NCBI GenBank assembly: GCA_963845515.1
Contig: CAWJSR010000047.1
Coordinates: 1 to 41,644 of the forward strand
DNA: 41,644 bases
DNA from: an uncultured delta proteobacterium
GTDB taxonomy: Bacteria > Myxococcota > Myxococcia > Myxococcales > Anaeromyxobacteraceae
Direction of reading: 5' to 3'
Under the pieces are notes generated by a model that searched no databases, was not told where the DNA came from, and worked only from the letters and a program-made list of their open reading frames with translations. Positions 1 through 9,373 of the stretch are shown here, one piece after another; within the stretch, counting starts at the first letter, position 1; each line of letters begins with the position of its first letter. The position numbers were made by a program, and so were the translations under genes.

Positions 1-1
1 C

Positions 2-544
2 CTCCGCATCAAGGAGGCCTTCACGCGCAACGCGGCCCTGCGCTTCCGGCTCCAGTCGCTGCACGCGCGGTTCCTCGCCTACGAGCGGATGTGGCTCAGG
101 TCCGCGCGCGAGAAGGAGGAGGGGACGTACCACCGCGACGTCTTCAAGGCGAAGATGCACATGGAGCTGCGCGCGCGCAGGGAGCGTGAGGCGCAGGCGA
201 AGGAGGAGGCCGCCGCCACGCCGCCTCCCCCGCCAGCCAGCGGGAAGGTGCCGGCCGCCCAGCCGAAGGCCGCAGCAGCCCCCCCCGCCGGCGCCCCACG
301 TCCCCCGCCCGCCGCCACGGCCGCCGGCGTCGCCGACAGGCAGATGCGCGAGCTCTACACGCAGTACATCTCCGCGAAGAAGCAGTGCGGCGAGGACGTG
401 TCGCGCCTCACCTTCGACGCGGTCGCGAAGAGCGTCCAGAAGCAGGTGCCGGAGATCCTGACCCGCTTCAACGCGAAGTCGGTCGAGTTCAAGGTGGTCG
501 TCAAGGACGGCAAGGCGACCCTCAAGGCGGTCCCCAGGACGTAA
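2..544 (+). CDS. Myxobacterial conserved protein with MXAN_5187-like C-terminal domain (5'-truncated by window edge)
   Basis: Frame is open from base 2 (LRIKEAFTRNAALRFRLQ...). A Pro/Ala linker precedes the C-terminal domain LYTQYISAKKQCGE...VEFKVVVKDGKATLKA. Family recognised from memory. Confidence 0.7.
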   Translation, partial: LRIKEAFTRNAALRFRLQSLHARFLAYERMWLRSAREKEEGTYHRDVFKAKMHMELRARREREAQAKEEAAATPPPPPASGKVPAAQPKAAAAPPAGAPRPPPAATAAGVADRQMRELYTQYISAKKQCGEDVSRLTFDAVAKSVQKQVPEILTRFNAKSVEFKVVVKDGKATLKAVPRT

Positions 545-566
545 CGAACGGGGGGCAGCTAGACTG

Positions 567-595
567 TTGCCTTCCGCGGCCGGGGATCGTAAAAG
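567..595 (+). promoter_or_regulatory. Possible sigma70 promoter of tRNA-Phe
   Basis: TTGCCT-17 nt-TAAAAG, ending 38 nt upstream of the tRNA. Confidence 0.3.
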
Positions 596-633
596 ACCCA
601 ACCCCGGCGGTCTCCCCGCCGGTGGCGCAGAAC

Positions 634-706
634 GCCTGGATAGCTCAGCTGGTAGAGCAGGGGACTGAAAATCCCCGTGTCCCTGGTTCGATTCCGGGTC
701 CAGGCA
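634..706 (+). tRNA. tRNA-Phe (GAA), CCA not encoded; integration site
   Basis: Cloverleaf: acceptor GCCTGGA/TCCAGGC, D arm GCTC/GAGC, anticodon arm GGGGA-CTGAAAA-TCCCC, T arm CCTGG-TTCGATT-CCGGG. Confidence 0.97.
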
Positions 707-1883
707 CAGACATCTCGTCCGACATCAGAGGCCCCGCTGACTGCAAAGTCCGCGGGGTTTCATTGTTTTTGGGGGGCGAAGCGGAAGGGCCGGCGGAAGG
801 TGGCTTCCTCTCACGAGACCTCTCCTGAGTCAGGGGCGCGCCCGAATCTGCTACCGTTCTGCTACCGCTCGAAAGGCCGGGGAGCGTCACCGCCGGCAGC
901 GTCGAGGTCGCGCTGACGAGGTTCTCGTCGGCGAGCCGGCCGTAGACGAGGTCCACCATGCGAGTGGAGGAGTGGCCGAGCAGCTTCGCCACGACCGCGG
1001 AGTCCTCGCCGGCCTGCTTCATCCACGAGGCGTAGGTCCGGCGCAGGTCGTTCGGTGTCGCGCGGGCGATGCCGGCACGCGCGCACGCCGCGGGCAGGTC
1101 CCTGCCGACGTTGCCCCAGGGCTCGACGAGCGGCCCGGCCTTGAGCGGCGTGCTCCGGAGGTACTCCGCGAGCGGCCCAGGCAGTGGAACCTTCCGGTGG
1201 GAACCAGCGGTCTTCGTGCCGGGGATGAAGACCCAGCCGCTCTCCAGGTCGATGTGGTTCTCCCAGCGGAGCGATTCGACCTCCGACCGGCGAGCGCCGC
1301 TGTAGACCGCGACGGCGACCCAGCGCGAGCGATGAGGCTGGAGCGCGGCCAGCAGGCTGGAGAACTCGGCGACGGACAGGAAGCGTCGCCTCGGGTTGTA
1401 GGTTACGCGGAACTTCGGCACGACCGAGCGCGGGTCCCGGAGGAACAGCCCGCGCCCCTTCGCCTCCTCCAGCGCCTTGCGGAGCGTCGAGAGTTCCTTT
1501 CGGACCGTCTCGCGTGCCGCGCCTTCATCGAGTCGCTGGCGGATGTACCGCTGGACGTCGTCGATGTGGAGGTCGTTCACACCGGTGTTGCCGAGGAGCC
1601 GCGCCACGTGCCCGGCCTTCTTCGCGTACATATCCCAGGTGCTGGGCGACGCATCCTGACAGCCGACCTCGACGATGAAGCGGAGGGCGTCCTCTACGCT
1701 GTGCGCGGGCGCGTTCGCGGACGGACCAGCCGTAGGGTCGGCCTCGGCCTCGAACTCCCGGAGGCGTCGGACGGCCTCCCGGTAGTCCTGGGTGTCGAGG
1801 GAGCGGGTGATGCGCTTCCCACTGGCGAGAATCCGGTAGCCGTACCAGCGAGGGTTCCCAGCCTTCTTGTAGGGCTTCGACAT
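645..1883 (-). CDS. Tyrosine recombinase/integrase (412 aa; C-terminal tail encoded antisense to tRNA-Phe)
   Basis: Catalytic motifs SGARRSE (R), GTKT (K), NDLRRT (HxxR with H>N), LLGHSS and VY. GGAGG RBS before ATG 1883. Adjacent to the tRNA. Confidence 0.93.
   Translation of the reverse strand: MSKPYKKAGNPRWYGYRILASGKRITRSLDTQDYREAVRRLREFEAEADPTAGPSANAPAHSVEDALRFIVEVGCQDASPSTWDMYAKKAGHVARLLGNTGVNDLHIDDVQRYIRQRLDEGAARETVRKELSTLRKALEEAKGRGLFLRDPRSVVPKFRVTYNPRRRFLSVAEFSSLLAALQPHRSRWVAVAVYSGARRSEVESLRWENHIDLESGWVFIPGTKTAGSHRKVPLPGPLAEYLRSTPLKAGPLVEPWGNVGRDLPAACARAGIARATPNDLRRTYASWMKQAGEDSAVVAKLLGHSSTRMVDLVYGRLADENLVSATSTLPAVTLPGLSSGSRTVADSGAPLTQERSRERKPPSAGPSASPPKNNETPRTLQSAGPLMSDEMSVPGPGIEPGTRGFSVPCSTS
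728..770 (+). terminator. Probable intrinsic terminator after tRNA-Phe
   Basis: GAGGCCCCGC...GCGGGGTTTC stem followed by ATTGTTTTT. Confidence 0.55.
847..867. repeat. Tandem 10-bp direct repeat TCTGCTACCG, candidate integrase arm-type sites
   Basis: Identical copies at 847-856 and 858-867, about 140 bp from the tRNA att core. Confidence 0.5.
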
Positions 1884-2383
1884 GGCGCCTCCGAGTTCTT
1901 GGCGATGTAGCGGCGGACGGCGTCCTCCGAAAACCTGATGCTCCTGCCGACACGAATGCTCGGGAGGTGCGTCTTCGCGAGCCGGTACACGGTGGGTTCG
2001 GAGACGTTGAGGAGCGACGCGACGTCTCCGGCGGTCCAGAGTCGTTCGACCTGCGGGACTCGCCGCTCCTCCCGCCCAGGTGCTGCACCGCCGTGCTCAA
2101 GCTTCGAGACGTGGCCGCCCGGGTCGTCGTCACGCGCGGCACTCCGAGCCGCCCGTGCCGCCAGCTCCCGGACCTTCGGAGTGGGAGCGGCGATTAACGG
2201 CCTTCCCGGCGAGTTTCGAGCGGTCAACCGGGCGGCGGGGCGGTCCAGCCAGTCTTCGGTCGAGCCCAGGGTCGCCGAGGGGACGACGAGCAGCAGGGGC
2301 AGCCGCTGGTCGTCCGCGTCCCGCGAAAAAGCATTCCCCCCAGCAAAGTGGGAGCAACCCGCAGCGGGAGAGAGGTCGTGCAT
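1694..2383 (-). CDS. Excisionase-like HTH (HTH_17/MerR-like) protein; start uncertain, 3' end overlaps int
   Basis: LWTAGDVASLLNVSEPTVYRL...LPSIRVGRSIRFSEDAVRRYI, immediately upstream of int. Confidence 0.75.
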   Translation of the reverse strand: MHDLSPAAGCSHFAGGNAFSRDADDQRLPLLLVVPSATLGSTEDWLDRPAARLTARNSPGRPLIAAPTPKVRELAARAARSAARDDDPGGHVSKLEHGGAAPGREERRVPQVERLWTAGDVASLLNVSEPTVYRLAKTHLPSIRVGRSIRFSEDAVRRYIAKNSEAPCRSPTRRLGTLAGTATGFSPVGSASPAPSTPRTTGRPSDASGSSRPRPTLRLVRPRTRPRTA

Positions 2384-2455
2384 TCACCAAGAAGTGTAGC
2401 CCTTCTCGTCGCGGCCTCTCCGTGTCTACGCCGACCACTTTGACCGTAAAGGAGT

Positions 2456-3043
2456 TCACGGGGCCGCTGACCGCCCCGCGAGAAATCGCTGCAAGGTCGC
2501 ACGGGCCACGCCCGTTCGACGAGCTGCCTCTGCGACAGGGACGCCCTCGGCGACGAGGTCGCGCGGCGGCGTGCAGCAGGAGAGGGGAGGCCGGGGGGCG
2601 ACCGATGCGCTTCCCCTCGCGCCGCGCCCGCTCCAGCCCCGCCTTCGTCCGCTCGATGAGCCGCGTCCGCTCCTGCTCCGCGACCCAGCCGAAGATGGCG
2701 ACGAGCAGCGGGCGGACCGGGCCGCTCGTGTCGAGCCAGCCCTCGCGGACCGACAGGACCGGGACGCCCAGCCGGTCGCAGCTCCAGGACCGTGTTGATG
2801 GCGCCGGTCATCGAGCGGTGGAGCCGGTCGAGCGCCCAGACGGCGACGGCCTGGACGCGGCCGGCGCGCACGTCGGCCATCATCCGGTCGAGGACGGGAC
2901 GCGCCTTGGCGGCGCGACTCGACCTCCTCGTAGACGACGGGCTCGTACCCGCGAGCGCGAGCAAGCTGGTTCACCTCGGCGACCTGGTTCTCGGCGGTCT
3001 GCCGGTCGGTGGACACTCGGAGGTAAAGCGCGCCGCGTCTCAC
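2456..3043 (-). pseudogene. Serine resolvase/invertase with three +1 frameshifts (possibly a consensus artefact)
   Basis: YLRVSTDRQ catalytic motif, RPVLDRMM..VWALDRLHRS, FGWVAEQERTRLIERTKAGL and a C-terminal HTH, spread across three frames. Confidence 0.85.
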
Positions 3044-3049
3044 GAGTCG

Positions 3050-3421
3050 CTAGCTCCCCTTGCCCGGCACCAGCCTGGCGTCGAGGTGCCACGCTTCGAG
3101 ATTCCTCCGGAGCTTCTCTGCCGCGGCGGCGTCTTCGGCCGGGATGTCGAATACTGCCCCGCCGTCGAAGTCGTTGGCGCTCACCTCGATGAGGCCGGCA
3201 GCGCCGAGCGTCTCGATGATGCCCACCATCGCCGTGGTCATGTCGTCGTCGGCCAGGACGACCCGCACGCGGTGGCAGCTCAAGGTTGGCTTCGGGGCTT
3301 CCCGGAACGCTGCGGGAGGCGCTCCCGTTGCGGTGCTGGCCTCCTCCTGGCCCTCATCGGGCGAGCCCCTGGCAGGCTCGGCTGCGTCCGCTGCCTTCTT
3401 CGGGTCGACCACGTCGCGCAT
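3050..3421 (-). CDS. Hypothetical protein (123 aa)
   Basis: GGAGGAG RBS before ATG 3421. Co-oriented, with its stop 6 bp upstream of the resolvase start. Confidence 0.55.
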   Translation of the reverse strand: MRDVVDPKKAADAAEPARGSPDEGQEEASTATGAPPAAFREAPKPTLSCHRVRVVLADDDMTTAMVGIIETLGAAGLIEVSANDFDGGAVFDIPAEDAAAAEKLRRNLEAWHLDARLVPGKGS

Positions 3422-3737
3422 GTCGATGTCTCCTCCAGATGGCTTGCGAAGAACGACCGGGACCCCGTCCCAGCGGAGCGGGAACACGGTCGGAAGAGGC
3501 GCGGAGGGAGCCCACCTGATGAAGACGCGCGCCACTGGTACCCCCGTCTGGTCCAGCCCGACGCGGGCGAAAACGAACCACGGAGAGCCGGCGCACCACC
3601 GCCCCAAGGCCTCGGCCGAGCGATCTGGGCCTGCCGCCACTCGGCAAGGTCGGTAACCTTGCGGGTGGAGCGAGAAGGCGCGCTCACTCGCGACCGGCGG
3701 TAGCTCTCGGGGGTGATGTGCATGTCGGTGCGCCCGC

Positions 3738-4364
3738 CTACGCTTCGCCCCACGCCGACCGCGGAATGGCGTTCCAGCCGTCCTCCTTGCGGACGACGCT
3801 GCACCGGCCAGCGGCCTCGGAAGCCAGCTCCTCGTTGCCGAGAGCCTGCGCTGCCGCCCCGACGATGCGCCACGCTTCGGCCTGCCGAGGGTTCAGTAGG
3901 GCGACCGCCTGAGCGACGGCGAGCGCCTCCTCCGGCTTCTCGTAGTCCAGAAGGTGCTGCGCGTAGTTGAGGCGGCAGGTGTCGTCGGCGAGGCCGTTGT
4001 CCGCGAGAGCCTGGTAGAGCGCCATCCCCTCGTCCGCGTCGAGTTCCCCTTCCAGGAGCTTCTTGCGGCACCTGGTCACGATGATGTCCAGGGACGTCTG
4101 TGCGGGAACCATCAGCGGGTCGAGCGCGATGCACTTGAGGATGGCGGCGAGCGCGTCGCGATGCCTGCCCGAGTAGTCGCTCATGACGGCAATGGCCCAG
4201 TAGACGTGGGGGCTCTCGAACTTGGAGGGGGCGCAGGCCGCCTCGATACTGCGCGCGAGTTCGAGTGCCTCGTCGTACTTGCCGGCTTGGGACAACTCGC
4301 TCGTCCGCCGGAGCTGGTCGAGCAGGTCATCGCGACGCGGGAGCCAAGGGAATTGTAGGGACAC
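3738..4364 (-). CDS. TPR-repeat protein (208 aa)
   Basis: Helical repeats ALAAILKCIALDP and ALAVAQAVALLNPRQAEAW. AGGAAGG RBS before GTG 4364. Confidence 0.75.
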   Translation of the reverse strand: MSLQFPWLPRRDDLLDQLRRTSELSQAGKYDEALELARSIEAACAPSKFESPHVYWAIAVMSDYSGRHRDALAAILKCIALDPLMVPAQTSLDIIVTRCRKKLLEGELDADEGMALYQALADNGLADDTCRLNYAQHLLDYEKPEEALAVAQAVALLNPRQAEAWRIVGAAAQALGNEELASEAAGRCSVVRKEDGWNAIPRSAWGEA

Positions 4365-4781
4365 GACGGCGCCTTCCTGCCGACCGTGTGGCCGGCGGCA
4401 TGAGGAAGCGAGCTGGCCAGCACGTTCGAGCGCAGGGCGCACGAGTAGCTGGTTACGAAAGTCGGTCCATCAGGCTCCGCGCTGGTCCATGGCTACCGGC
4501 CACCTGAGTTCCGCCTGGATGGCGGTGGTTGGCAGGGCTGCCGGATGCTTCTGCTCCGACGGCCACACTCGGCATGGAACAACGGGAATTCGTTGAGGGC
4601 CTTGGCATGCCCATCAACGTAAGTAATTATACTACATCGCGCGGACCCGTACAATGGGTCCTTGCTGACTCATGGGCCGGCGCGAGAACTCGCCGCCTTC
4701 GGGGACGCGCTTCGCGGGAGTAGCCATTCCACTTACTCGCCAACCACTGCGCACCGGTGTCGCAGAATTCGATTAGCGATG

Positions 4782-6017
4782 TCAGAACTTGAAGGGGAAC
4801 TCGACCCTGGACCGGCCGCTGACGGAGAGCGGGAAGCGGATCCCCTCGATGACCGAGCCTATGCACGTGGCAAGCGGCTGGCTGGCACACGGGGCGGCGC
4901 ACTTCACGTCGCGCGCGCCGCCCTCCGGCGTGACGCCCCAGCGCATGACGACCACCCCATCAACGCCGGGGTTCTTCTCCCCGCACGCCGCGAGGGACTC
5001 GAACCTGCCCTTGATGCGCTCGGTGATTTGGGAGTCGCTGACCTGCTCCGGGAGCGCGGCGGCGCTGCCGCCCGGCTTCGGCGGGAGGTAGACCGACCCG
5101 CCGGAGCCACCGCCGAGGGCCTCGTTCAGTGCGTCGTCGGCGACATCGCCACCGCCGCCCACCTTGTCGGGGTCAGCCACCGCTGTCGAGCCCAGTGCCT
5201 TGTTGGGCGCGTCAGGCGAACACGGCTCTAGGGGGACAAGCCGAGCCTTTGCCCCGTTCGCCGGTATCACGACCATCTGAATGAGAGAGACGTGAAGGTT
5301 GCCAGAAAGAGGGAAGTAGCCGAGCCCCACCATCGCCGTCGTGCCCCTGTGAGGACCGCGCCTGTACGTGTACTTCCAGACGTCGTAGGAGCAGGGCAGC
5401 CCGTCACAGACGTCCCCTGTGTGCGTCCCCAAGGGAATACTGTTCCTCTTCTTCATCTCGGCCCGAATCTCGTCCACGTCCTGCCCCTTGCAGAATTCGG
5501 CAAGTTCGTCGACCCCAGCCGCACCCCCGCCTGCCTTTCGTTGACGAACCGGCTCTGTTTGGCTCCACCCGAAAGTGACGACCTTTCCATCCCTAAGCTG
5601 GATGTTGAACCGCTTCCATGCGCCATGCTGAACCGAGTAGGACCAGCACTCCTCGCCCTTCGCGATGCTCGTGCACTCATCGGCCGCGTGGCTATGCGGG
5701 GCTCCCAACTTCTGTCGAACGACACTGCCCTTATCCCCGAGGTGAACCGCTTCAGTCCGGGAGTACGGAACGGGAGTATTCCGCGAAGAAGACTCTGCAA
5801 TTGCGGATGTCAACAGTGGAATCAACATGGCAGCTGCGCCGCACAGCGTTCGGGTGACCCGAGAGTTCGTCAAGGTGCGCTCCTGTGTTAGCGAAGCCCG
5901 GTCGATACAGCCTCTTGCGCAGACTGCCTCTTCGGAACCCCATGAATTCCCCCTTCCAGAGATGATGCGCCCCGTCGCCGCATGGTGAACCTGAACGCTC
6001 TCGGGATGGCCCTTCAA
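4782..6017 (-). CDS. Exported protein with C-terminal AgmX/PglI (TonB_C-like) domain; true start may be downstream
   Basis: Signal-like hydrophobic stretch, SmpA-like VRQKLGAP..EECWSY segment, Gly-rich linker, and C-terminal LAACGEK...GVVVMRWGVTPEG...CIGSVIEGIRFP...VEFPFKF. Confidence 0.65.
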   Translation of the reverse strand: MKGHPESVQVHHAATGRIISGRGNSWGSEEAVCARGCIDRASLTQERTLTNSRVTRTLCGAAAMLIPLLTSAIAESSSRNTPVPYSRTEAVHLGDKGSVVRQKLGAPHSHAADECTSIAKGEECWSYSVQHGAWKRFNIQLRDGKVVTFGWSQTEPVRQRKAGGGAAGVDELAEFCKGQDVDEIRAEMKKRNSIPLGTHTGDVCDGLPCSYDVWKYTYRRGPHRGTTAMVGLGYFPLSGNLHVSLIQMVVIPANGAKARLVPLEPCSPDAPNKALGSTAVADPDKVGGGGDVADDALNEALGGGSGGSVYLPPKPGGSAAALPEQVSDSQITERIKGRFESLAACGEKNPGVDGVVVMRWGVTPEGGARDVKCAAPCASQPLATCIGSVIEGIRFPLSVSGRSRVEFPFKF

Positions 6018-6649
6018 CGATATGGAAGGCAGCCCTCGATATACGCCTTGTACCTACGCGGGAGCGCGTAGCAGCAGTCGTCATCTCGAACATCCCTGGC
6101 CAGCTGGTTCTCGGCCTTCTCTCTTGCCTCGCTCATCGCCTCGCTGAATGAGGCATCGATGTCCATCGAAGCCATCCCGAAGTCAGTCTGACAGTTCATC
6201 GAATCCGGTGACATCGTCGAACCACACATCGCGTTTTGCCGCCGGCTATTCTCCTGGTGAGCGAAGTAGCGTCTCGCCCCCAGGTCGCAGAGCGCTCGTA
6301 GCGCACCGCTCTTGGCCGCCGCATTCGCTTCAATGCGCCGCTTCGCGTCAAGCCTCCGCGCTTCTTCTTGGCGAAGACGCTCGGTTCGGCGTTCCTCCCC
6401 TTGTCGAAGGCGCTCGCGCGCTTGCGCCTTTGGCGTGGCCGCGATGAGCATGCGCAGTTCGCCCTCCAGGCCACTCAGGCCATAAGATTCGGCGCGAGCC
6501 ACCTCCTCAAGCGCAGCGTCGGGGTCGTTGCGCTTGATTGCTGCTTCCGCCCGCCGGATGCGCTCCGCGTACTCCGCCCGCTTGACTGCATCCGCTCGCG
6601 CTTCTTCAACCTTCGCCAGCGCGGCAATCTCCCGCTCAAGGGCGTTCAC
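6014..6649 (-). CDS. Hypothetical coiled-coil/Cys-containing protein, probably 5'-truncated by IS21
   Basis: 211-aa ORF whose first codon abuts the IS21 end at 6650. Confidence 0.55.
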   Translation of the reverse strand: MNALEREIAALAKVEEARADAVKRAEYAERIRRAEAAIKRNDPDAALEEVARAESYGLSGLEGELRMLIAATPKAQARERLRQGEERRTERLRQEEARRLDAKRRIEANAAAKSGALRALCDLGARRYFAHQENSRRQNAMCGSTMSPDSMNCQTDFGMASMDIDASFSEAMSEAREKAENQLARDVRDDDCCYALPRRYKAYIEGCLPYR

Positions 6650-6757
6650 TGCTCAGCGACAATTACACTTCCCCACCGGCGACAATTACACCTCCCCATC
6701 CTGAGGCCCGCCGGCCAGTAGCTCCGCCCTCCCTCCCTCACCGGAGAGGATGGCGGG

Positions 6758-8263
6758 GTGAAGACGACGGACGGGCAGGTGAGGAAGCTGATGGAGGAGT
6801 TCGGGAAACACGGCCAGGTCGGCCTCGCAGCGATGCGAGCCGGCGTGGATCGCAAGACGGGCCGGAAGTACGTGGAGGCCGGCAAGCTGCCGTCGGAGCT
6901 GGAGCAGCCGCGAACGTGGCGGACGAGGGAGGACCCGTTCACGGAGGACTGGCCCGCCCTGGCCAGGCGGCTTGAGGACGAGCCGGGGCTGGAGGCCAAG
7001 ACGCTCTTCGAGCTGGCCTGCGAGGAGCATGCCGGGCGCTACGAGCCCGGCCAGCTGCGGACGCTGCAGCGGCGCGTGGCGCTCTGGCGTGCCCAGCGGG
7101 GGCCAGACCGGGAGATCTTCTTCCGGCAAGCTCACCGGCCGGGCGAGGCCGGCCAGACCGACTTCACCGAGACGGCATCGCTGGCCGTGACCATCGTCGG
7201 CGAGGTCTTCGTCCACCTGCTCTGCGTGCTCGTGCTGCCGTTCTCGAACTGGCAGTGGGCGACGGTGTGCCTCTCGGAGTCGATGGCCGCGCTCCGCCGA
7301 GGCGTGCAGGCGGCGCTCTTCCAGCTCGGGCGGGTGCCCGAGTTCCACCAGACCGACAACTCGACGGCGGCGACCCACCGCATCCCCAGCGGCCAGGAGG
7401 TCCTCGTGGAGGGCCGGCAGCGGCCCTTCAACACCGAGTACCTCGCGCTGATGCGGCACTTCGGGATGAAGCCGCGGACGACCGAGGTAGCGGCCAAGGA
7501 GCAGAACGGCGACGTCGAGGCCGGCCACCGGGCGCTCAAGGCCCGGCTCGAGCAGGGCTTGCTGGTGCGAGGGAGCCGCGACTTCGAGAGCGTCGATGCG
7601 TGGCAGGGCTTCGTCCACCAGGTGCTGCGCAAGGCCAACGCAGCCCGCGGGGCCAAGGTCGGCGAGGAGCTGGCCGCCATGAAGCCGCTCACCGCCACCA
7701 GACTGCCGGAGTTCACCGAGGAGACGACCCGGGTGAACGGCGGCAGCACCATCCGCGTGCGCCACTGCGCCTACTCGGTCCCGTCCCGCCTCATCGGCGA
7801 GGTCGTCCGGGTGCTCGTCTTCGAGGACCGGCTGGAGGTCCGCTTCGCCGGCGAGGTGCAGCTCGCCTGCGAGCGCCTGCGCGGTAACCGCCGCCACCGC
7901 ATCGACTACCGGCACGTCATCTGGTCCCTGGTCCGCAAGCCGGGGGCCTTCGATCGCTACGTGTACCGGGAGGAGATGTTCCCCTCCCTCGAGTTCCGCC
8001 GAGCCTACGACGGCATCCGCGAGGCCCAGCCCAGCGTCCGCGGCGACCTCGAGTACCTGCGCATCCTGCACCTCGCCGCGAGCACCATGGAGGCCGACGT
8101 CCAGGCCGCCTTGGAGTTGCTGCTCGCCGAGGGGCGGGCGATCACCGTCGACGCGGTGAAGGCGCTCGCGAACGGCGCCTCGCGGCCGGAGGTGCCCGAT
8201 CTGGCGCCCGAGACGGTCGACCTCGGGATCTACGACGCTCTCCTCTCGCAGGTGAGCGCGTGA
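6758..8263 (+). CDS. istA: IS21 transposase
   Basis: N-terminal HTH (GVDRKTGRKY), DDE motifs QTDFT / QTDNS / NGDVE, and YSVPSRLIG. Confidence 0.95.
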   Translation: MKTTDGQVRKLMEEFGKHGQVGLAAMRAGVDRKTGRKYVEAGKLPSELEQPRTWRTREDPFTEDWPALARRLEDEPGLEAKTLFELACEEHAGRYEPGQLRTLQRRVALWRAQRGPDREIFFRQAHRPGEAGQTDFTETASLAVTIVGEVFVHLLCVLVLPFSNWQWATVCLSESMAALRRGVQAALFQLGRVPEFHQTDNSTAATHRIPSGQEVLVEGRQRPFNTEYLALMRHFGMKPRTTEVAAKEQNGDVEAGHRALKARLEQGLLVRGSRDFESVDAWQGFVHQVLRKANAARGAKVGEELAAMKPLTATRLPEFTEETTRVNGGSTIRVRHCAYSVPSRLIGEVVRVLVFEDRLEVRFAGEVQLACERLRGNRRHRIDYRHVIWSLVRKPGAFDRYVYREEMFPSLEFRRAYDGIREAQPSVRGDLEYLRILHLAASTMEADVQAALELLLAEGRAITVDAVKALANGASRPEVPDLAPETVDLGIYDALLSQVSA

Positions 8264-9048
8264 CCGCCACCGCCAAGGCCGAGGCGGCTCGCCTGGAGTC
8301 GATGCCGATCCTCATGCGAGCCCTGAAGCTGCCGGCCTTCGTCCGGTACGCCGCCGACGTCGCCGCGCAGGCGCAGTCCGAAGGCTGGACCTTCCAGCAC
8401 TACGTCCACCACCTCGCGGAGATCGAGGTCGAGGAGCGGCGGCGCCGCCGCATCGAGCGCAACCAGAAGGATTCCGAGCTGCCCGGCGAAAAGACGCTCG
8501 CCACGCTCAAGAAGGCTCGCCTCCCGGCCAAGGTCCAGAAGACGCTCCCGGCCCTCTGCGAGGGCGGCTTCGTCGAGCGCGGCGAGAACCTCCTGGCCTT
8601 CGGCCTCCCGGGCCGCGGCAAGACCCACCTCGCCTGCGCCCTCGGCCACGAGCTGCTCCAGCACGGGTACCGGGTCTACTTCACGCCGACTTACGCCCTC
8701 GTGCAGCGGCTCCTGGTCGCCAAGCGCGAACTCGGGCTCGAGAAGGAGCTCACCCGCCTCGACCGCTTCGACGTCGTCATCCTCGACGACATCGGCTACG
8801 TCCAGCAGAGCCGGGAGGAGATGGAGGTGCTCTTCACCTTCCTCGCCGAGCGGTACGAGCGGCGCAGCGTCATCATCACCAGCAACCTGGTGTTCAGCGA
8901 GTGGGATCGGATCTTCAAGGACCCGATGACCACCGCCGCCGCCATCGACCGCCTCGTCCACCACGCCGTCATCCTGGAGATGAACGGCACCAGCTACCGC
9001 AACGAGGAGGCCAAGCAGCGAGCAGAAGCTACGACCGCTAGTGAATGA
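8260..9048 (+). CDS. istB: IS21 helper AAA+ ATPase
   Basis: Walker A GLPGRGKT, Walker B VVILDDIG, ITSNL, AAIDRLVHH. GTGA overlap with istA. Confidence 0.95.
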   Translation: MTATAKAEAARLESMPILMRALKLPAFVRYAADVAAQAQSEGWTFQHYVHHLAEIEVEERRRRRIERNQKDSELPGEKTLATLKKARLPAKVQKTLPALCEGGFVERGENLLAFGLPGRGKTHLACALGHELLQHGYRVYFTPTYALVQRLLVAKRELGLEKELTRLDRFDVVILDDIGYVQQSREEMEVLFTFLAERYERRSVIITSNLVFSEWDRIFKDPMTTAAAIDRLVHHAVILEMNGTSYRNEEAKQRAEATTASE

Positions 9049-9114
9049 AGTTCAACCGCAACCGATGGGGAAGTGTAGTTGTCGCCACCGGGGAGGCGTA
9101 GTTGACGTCGAGCA

Positions 9115-9370
9115 CCAGGACGACGATCTCGTCGGCCTCGACAATGAAGGCGATGGCGAACGGGAAGCGCGCCAGGAGGAATCTTCGAACGCCGACCTTC
9201 TCTCCGACGCCAGGCCAAAGCGACCACGTCTCGGGGCGCTCTGCGATGGTGTCCAGCGCTCGCTCGAACTCCTCGACGAGATTGGTGCCGAGACCCGGAA
9301 CCTGGATCTCGTACCAGTCGCCGGCCGACGTGAGGTCGGCCGCGGCTCCCGGATGAAGGCGGACCCGCAC
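9115..9370 (-). pseudogene. RelE/ParE-family toxin, C-terminus replaced by IS21 sequence
   Basis: LHPGAAADL..AGDWYE..GLG..F...RRFLLARFPFAIAF..EIVVLV. The frame then runs into the IS21 end, lacking the usual AH..R.P.YW tail. Confidence 0.8.
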
Positions 9371-9373
9371 GTC

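Larger units (their letters stand above)
6650..9114 (+). mobile_element. IS21-family insertion sequence (2465 bp), no target-site duplication
   Basis: Ends TGCTC...GAGCA with ~50-bp imperfect IRs, each holding two repeats of a GACAAyTACAC..CCCC unit. Encodes istA and istB. Flanks GTTCAC and CCAGGA differ. Confidence 0.93.

Noticed and set aside
707..6649. Prophage call for the tRNA-Phe element
   Set aside because: No structural, packaging, lysis or replication genes are visible.
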